The position numbers and the translations under genes are program-made. Below are positions 58,180 to 64,000 of a stretch of 64,000 nt of DNA, one piece after another; positions within the stretch are counted from its first letter, which is position 1, and every line of letters begins with the position of its first letter. This DNA is from the human T2T-CHM13v2.0 reference genome, Homo sapiens. The notes beneath the pieces were generated by a model. The model saw only the letters and a list, made by a program, of their open reading frames with translations, was not told the origin of the DNA and searched no databases. The stretch is taken from assembly GCF_009914755.1 (NCBI RefSeq), contig NC_060925.1. The stretch is one strand, 5' to 3'.

Positions 58180-58842
58180 CCCATTCACTATTTCCTGTCT
58201 GGAATGTGCATGCTTGCTTCTCACTATTCAGGTCTCAGCTAAATGTCACCTCTTCAGAGAGGCCTTCCTTGATGACCTCATCTGTACTAAGTATACCCAC
58301 TTCACACTCTCTCTCACACACACATCATCCTGCCTAATTTTCTTCACAGCACTTATCATTATCTGCAATTAAGTGCTTATAGCCATCCCTCAGTATCCTA
58401 GTATCTGCGGGAGATTGGTTCCGGGATCCCCCTAGGATACCAAAATCCACAGATACTCAAGTCCCTCATATAAACCGGTGGAGTGCTGGCACATAACCTA
58501 CACACATCCTCTGGCACACTTGCAATTATCTCTAGATTACTTATCACACCTAATACGATGTAAATGTTGTGTAAATAATTGTTATACTCCATTGTTTGGG
58601 AAATAATGACAAAACAGTCTGTGCATGATCGTTATAGATGAAACCATCCATTTTTTTTCTGAATATTTTTGATCTGAGCTTGGTTAAATCCAAGGATAAG
58701 GAACCCATAGAATTGGAGGGCTAACTGTACTTGTTTGTTGTCCATGTCCTACCCTAACATTTAAGCACAATGAGAAAAAAGACATTGTCTATCTTGCTCA
58801 CTGCAGTATCTCAGAACTCAATAAGTGTTTGTTGAATGATTC
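58180..58842 (+). mobile_element. L2 3' end interrupted by MER2
   Basis: TTCAGGTCTCAGCTAAATGTCACCTCTTCAGAGAGGCCTTCC..CTCAATAAGTGTTTGTTGAATGA. Confidence 0.75.
58380..58729. mobile_element. MER2 (TcMar-Tigger) MITE
   Basis: GATTGGTTCCGGGATCCCCC..GGATACCAAAATCCACAGATACTCAAGTCCCT..ATCTCTAGATTACTTAT..GGAGGGCTAACTGTA. Confidence 0.88.
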
Positions 58843-60199
58843 AGAAGAAGAGGATAAATCTTGACATGAAAAGTTACTTTTTGTGTTCATTGGAGAAAGT
58901 ACAGAAAAATCTATAGAAATTTCTGCCTGGATGGCATGAACTGGTCCACAGGCAAGTGAAACATTAGTGAACGATGGTCCCATATAAGTTCACTAAAAGG
59001 CAGTAAGGATTGTGGTGGGCAGCTGTAGATGCCTTTTACAAAATGGTCTTTGTTGTTCTCTGTCAGAAAGCAGAATACTGCACAGAGTAGTTAATGCTTC
59101 GATCCAGAATTGTATTTTTTAAATTCTTTTGTATCACATTTTTATTGGTGTCCTCAGAAAGAGGACCATGTCTCTCAGTGAAAGATCGGTTAAGGGAGAG
59201 GAGACTTTGGGGTACCTGGAAGCACTTCTCTCCTCTAGTGATTCCACCCAATTGCGGTGACTCTTGTGGGGCCTCAATCAAGAAACATTAATTTGACATC
59301 AGACAGTGTAAAGAAGAAGGAAAAAACAAAAAGCATGATTTCGCAAGGACTAGTGTTTTTGTCCATGAAGCTGGAAGAAGTTGATAAAGGAGGCTGAAAA
59401 AAGTTCAATTTTCAGGCTGCAGCCTTGGGCATTGGAGGTCAGGAAATCTTAAAGCCTGAGGTTATCGTGGACTAAAGAAAACTGCATCATCCTGAGCACT
59501 GAGAAGTGGGGGTTTGTACACTGCTCATTAGCAACATACAGTGCTTTATTAGAGCCTATTTAAAGCTGTTTTTCCTCTTAAGCCCTATGTGCTTCCTCAT
59601 TTTGGAGACCATGTTGGAACTTGAGACGCAGGAGATGATAATGGGAGCCATAAAATCAGATAGGCATCGGACATTTGGCTGTAGATAAAACACAGCTTCT
59701 GGCAGTATGTGGATTATTTACCTCAAACTGAAATTAATTTACAAGCAGCTTTATAAATTACAAGGCAAGGAATTCTTTAGAAATCTTCTAATGAGCAGGG
59801 AGTGGTAAACGAAAAATAATACTACAGTAGGCATAATTGCTCATTTAAGATCCATAAATATCATTGATAGTGTTTTTATTTAGCAAGTTGGGTTATGGTT
59901 TTATTTTACCGAAATTAAAACAGTTCAGGCTTAACAATGCCCTCAGTTTCCTATCCTGTTTTCTCTATAATGTCTAAAGTTTCTCAGCTGTAGATTTGTT
60001 TCCCCATGGAGGCATTCAGAGACTGGGGAAGTGCTCCCATGCTACAGCAGAGATAAATTCTAAGTGGGTAAGCAGACAGGCTTCTCAGAAGAGCAGGAAT
60101 TTAAGTTGGGTCCTGAGAAAAGGAAAGAAATTAGCATTGATTGCACACGGAGTAGGGGCTTGACACAAAAGCATAGCATGAACTTTAGACATATCTGTT

Positions 60200-60355
60200 T
60201 TCTCTCACAACAATACTATATATTAGGGGGCATTATTCTGATTTTACAGGTGGAGAACTGGGAGTCATAGATGTTGAGTGACTTGATAAGGTAATATTTT
60301 CAGGGTTTGAATCAGAGATGTCTAATTGCAGAATCCTTGTTCTTCCTATTATGCC
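60200..60355 (-). mobile_element. MIR fragment
   Basis: ATTTTACAGGTGGAGAACTG..GTTGAGTGACTTG..GGGTTTGAATCAG. Confidence 0.6.
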
Positions 60356-61084
60356 ATCTCCCTTCAAATATTGCTTAACAGATGATATAAAGGAGGGGGG
60401 CAGGGATTTGTAGTGGGAGAGGAAGGAGAGGGAGACATGGAAATACCATTTGACATAGAGAGAAAAGCCTGATAAAGTGGATAAAAGTAGAAAAACTCAT
60501 TCATTCATTTATTGTACAAGTGTAAGTGAGCTCTCATTATATGCAATATTCTGTGCATAAGAGATACATGGTTAGGAGTTTTGAGCACATTTGGGGAATG
60601 TTAACTTTATGGCTAGAGGGCCATCAATGAGAGGATGGGAGACTGTTTAGGCAATTATGCCCTGGAAAGGTAAGAAGGTAAATTTGGGTGGCCTTGGGAG
60701 TGCAGAGAATTCCAGCTGTGTTTTAGGTTGCTTTTGGAGTTGACAAGGTCTTCTCTTGCTTTTCTGATTAAAGGTGACCAGTGGTCACCTGGGCATCTCT
60801 GGGGTATTTTGAGTGACCTTGATCCCTCTGAGTCAAACTGGGGTTGAACCACATTTTGAATTGTAGGTGGACGGGTTACCTGGGAGTGGTGAAGTTTGTC
60901 CTACTCTATTAAAAAAATCTTTTTAGGTCTTGTGATTGATCAAGGGATTAATCACTAAGTAAAGTTGCTGATAGTTAAGTGTTTATCAAGAAAGCAATTG
61001 AAGAATGTTTTCAATAACATCAGTTGCTGATATCCGTTTTTGTAGTCTAACATTTCCCAGAATGATTAATAATCTTCTTTGCTT

Positions 61085-61278
61085 CTCTTGAACCCACTGT
61101 ATTCTCTCCCTACTTCTATTATGGCACTTACCACTATTTAGCAAAATTATCTGTTTTACTTGTTTGCCTCCACCACTGGATTGTTAGTTCCTGGAAGGCA
61201 AGGCCAGAATGGAATCACCTTTGCCACAGCTCAGCACTTGGAACATGATAGGTGCTTAATAAATATTTGTTGAGTTAG
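61085..61278 (+). mobile_element. L2 3' end
   Basis: CCACTGGATTGTTAGTTCCTGGAAGGCAAGG..TAGGTGCTTAATAAATATTTGTTGA. Confidence 0.75.
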
Positions 61279-61509
61279 TAAAAAAATTACAAGCCTCTCA
61301 GAGACAATATATTAAGAATAGTGAATACTGCAAGAGAGTCTAAGCTTCCTTTATAACACAGTCTGCAAAGCCCTAAATGGCAAAATACATACCTTGTCTT
61401 ATCAGGCAAATGCCAATGATCATCTGTAGGAGCTGATCCTGCTAGATAGTCCCCAAATGTGGAAACGCATTTGAAGCCTATCACTTAATCAGCACTGGTA
61501 TGCTGGTAT

Positions 61510-62297
61510 TGAAACGGAGAGTTCCCTGATTCTCCTCGTAGGATGTGCTACAGGGGTGTGTCATCTGCTTGGTTGCCCCACAGCTCAAACTCCTAGGGGG
61601 AGCACGCAGACAGGCAGGTACAGAGGCCGGTGTGAGCACTTTTGGGCTCCAGCCCCACAGCAGCATCTATGGGTGGATGTCTGCGAATCCTGAAGCCCAG
61701 GTGAGCATGTGTTACCAAGCTCTTTTAGATTTGCCACCTGCAGATGGCTTGTGTGTTCATCAGCTCAATGGATCCGCTACCTTATAGCAAGGGCAGAGGA
61801 CCAGTGTGACAGCCTTCTGTATCCCAAGTTCTTGCCCAGTGTACCAGAAGAATTGGGTCACACGTGGGCTCAAAGGATGAGTGCAAGGTTTTATTGAGTG
61901 ATAGAGGTGGCTCTCAGTGAGACAGATGGGGAACTGGAAGGCGAGGATGGAGTGGGAGGGTTGTCTTCCCCTGGAGTTGGGCCACCCAGTGGCCAGACTC
62001 TTCTCTGACCGCCCCCAGCTGAACTTCCCTCAGCATTCAGACATCCCTCCTCTTCTCTCTTTCTCTGCCACGTTGTTCCGCTGCCACTGGTCTGCTGGTC
62101 CTGACGTTCAGCTGCTTGTGTCTCGGGTTTATATAGGGGCAGGATGGGGGACATGATGGGCCAAAAGGCAACTTTTTGGGCCTGAAAACAGAAATGCCTG
62201 TCCTCACTTAGGGTCGCAGGTCTTCAGGCTTGAGGATAGGGCCTTTGCTGGGGAACTACCTTCTTCTACCCAGTATTTCCGTCTCCTGTCCGTATAA
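61510..62297 (-). mobile_element. Complete ERV1 solo LTR of the LTR1 group (~788 bp)
   Basis: Minus strand begins TTATACGGACAGGAGACGGAAATACTGGGTAGAAG and ends CCGTTTCA. 4-bp TSD GTAT at 61506-61509 and 62298-62301. TATA at 62128-62135 and AATAAA at 61890-61895 (minus strand). Confidence 0.88.
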
Positions 62298-62830
62298 GTA
62301 TGATAATATAATTTTTACTTTAAGTGGAAATTTCTGTTTCATAAAAGGATACCTATGAGCCATGGAATGGGTATTTTGGCCATTGAGCATTTCTTACAGA
62401 ATACTGGAACTTCTTTTGAACTACATGCATCCACAACTTTGTAAACCAGTGAACTGAAGAAATGTACAAAGTCCTCTGATGCTGCCTCAAGAAAAATAAT
62501 CTTTCTCAAAGTTCCATCTTAATTTTGTTTTTGACTCAAAAACTTATCTAAGAGAGCTGGCTACATGTATCATTTTATTATGACTAGAAATTTTGCTTGC
62601 AATTTCTGGGCATCAATCTTTTGAAAATTTACTGCCACATGTCCCAAGTATATCTCTCTCTTCAACTGGTCATAGAAGAGAATCCTCCTTTCCTCTGGAA
62701 TTTGCAGGTGTACTGGAGATTTAGGTGTCACCAGCATCTCAACAAAGAGGATAAACACTTGACCCCAACCCCGAATTATTCTTAAGTAAAAATGGTTTTA
62801 GTGTCATACTAATCTAACAATGTGGACCCC

Positions 62831-63196
62831 TAGTCCAAATGTGTATTGTTTATGGAACAGAACCACCTGTTTACTTTCTCATCACAGTGAATCCCTACAT
62901 AGATCCACTGGAAGTGACACCAAGAAAAATTAGTTTTTTCCATTTCTCCCTTGAGAATAGTCCAGAACCTGGATGACTAGGTAGTTTTGGGTAGTAATTT
63001 TGTTATTTTTGCTTAGTCCAAATGTGTATTGTTTATGGAACAGAACCACCTGTTTACTTTCTCATCACAGTGAATCCCTACATAGATCCACTGGAAGTGA
63101 CACCAAGAAAAATTAGTTTTTTCCATTTCTCCCTTGAGAATAGTCCAGAACCTGGATGACTAGGTAGTTTTGGGTAGTAATTTTGTTATTTTTGCT
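62831..63196. repeat. Perfect 183-bp tandem duplication
   Basis: 62831-63013 is identical to 63014-63196 on base-by-base reading, with TA microhomology at the junction. Confidence 0.97.
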
Positions 63197-63679
63197 TACC
63201 TAAACTGTGTTACTAAACAATTAATAAATAGTAAGTATTTGCTCTTGGAAAGTACTGTACCAGGAACAAAGACAAAGACAATTCTATGTCAATCAGGTTG
63301 TTTTAAGATCATCCTGTTCTTAAGGAACTACTTACAATCTATTAGTGGAAGAGAAGGGTCATTTGAAACAGTACAGATATCACAAGCATTGACAAAGCAC
63401 ATATGTGAACACTAAAAAGAGCCACAGAAATGTAAGGTTTAAGACAGCACATGATGAATTGCAAAGTTATGCCTTAAAGGAAGGGTGGGATGGGGGCAAG
63501 ATGGGAAGGATATTCCCATGTGGCCATTGGTGAGGAGACAGACAAGCACAGTGGGAATGTGCTTAACAAAGTGGTGAGTTTGCTTTGTTTGATGTAAAGC
63601 ACAGGCCTTATCCAGACAGATTCCCTCAAAATACTAATCCATCAGCTCCGGTCCTTCACATGCAGATTTAGCTCTATTT

Positions 63680-64000
63680 ACTCTTCCTACATTTCCCTTA
63701 TCTTTCCCCTATATTCCCACCTGGCTAATGCTTTCTCATCTCCAGATTCCATCTTAGATCTTACCTCCTTTTGCCAATATCCCTCTAACCACTAATATAT
63801 AGTGATTCTCTTGAACCATTAACCAACACTCATTTCCTTTACATTTCAAATGTCCTTCCTCCGCAACTAGATTATAAATTCTAACATTAGGCTGTGTTTT
63901 CCCAGAGTTCCAAATATACCTGTATTTGTAATGTAATTGGTCCTTTACTCACCTATGTCCCCGCAAAGACTCTAAGCAGCCTAAGGGTAGGGACCAAGTA
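63680..64000 (+). mobile_element. L2 fragment
   Basis: CCACCTGGCTAATGCTTTCTCATCTCCAG..TCTTACCTCCT..CTAGATTATAAATTC..GGGTAGGGACC. Confidence 0.5.

Noticed and set aside
63200-63254. Minus-strand 55-nt exon candidate (TTTGTTCCTGGTACAG| .. TTAG|GTAAGC)
   Set aside because: Two of three frames are closed, the sequence resembles a decayed L2 terminus, and no partner exons are supportable.

Overview
Human non-coding genomic DNA. An AluYb8 with the diagnostic 7-bp GCAGTCC duplication at 884-1212 indicates human origin. I see no credible protein-coding gene, RNA gene, CpG island or CRISPR array. Nearly all ORFs in the track are short chance frames or translations of Alu, L1, MaLR or ERV repeats. The window is a mosaic of transposable-element fossils: about 19 Alus, two large L1 3' ends, L2/MIR, MaLR LTRs (MST/MLT1), MLT2, two ERV1 LTR1-group elements, a degenerate ERVL pol fragment and MER1/MER2/Tigger DNA transposons. 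The most notable items are: (1) a ~470-bp non-repeat, A-tailed insert with 18-bp target-site duplications (TSDs) inside a MIR at 32751-33217, a probable processed retrocopy whose parent I cannot identify; (2) a perfect 183-bp tandem duplication at 62831-63196; (3) a 33-bp minisatellite built from hairpin/palindromic halves at 3728-3821; (4) three Alus stacked on one target site, with a closely spaced inverted pair, at 50138-51072; and (5) an AluYb8 inserted at the TATA box of an LTR. I found no evidence for a novel biological system. Repeat subfamily names come from recalled consensus motifs, boundaries of old repeats are approximate, and both need RepeatMasker/Dfam confirmation.
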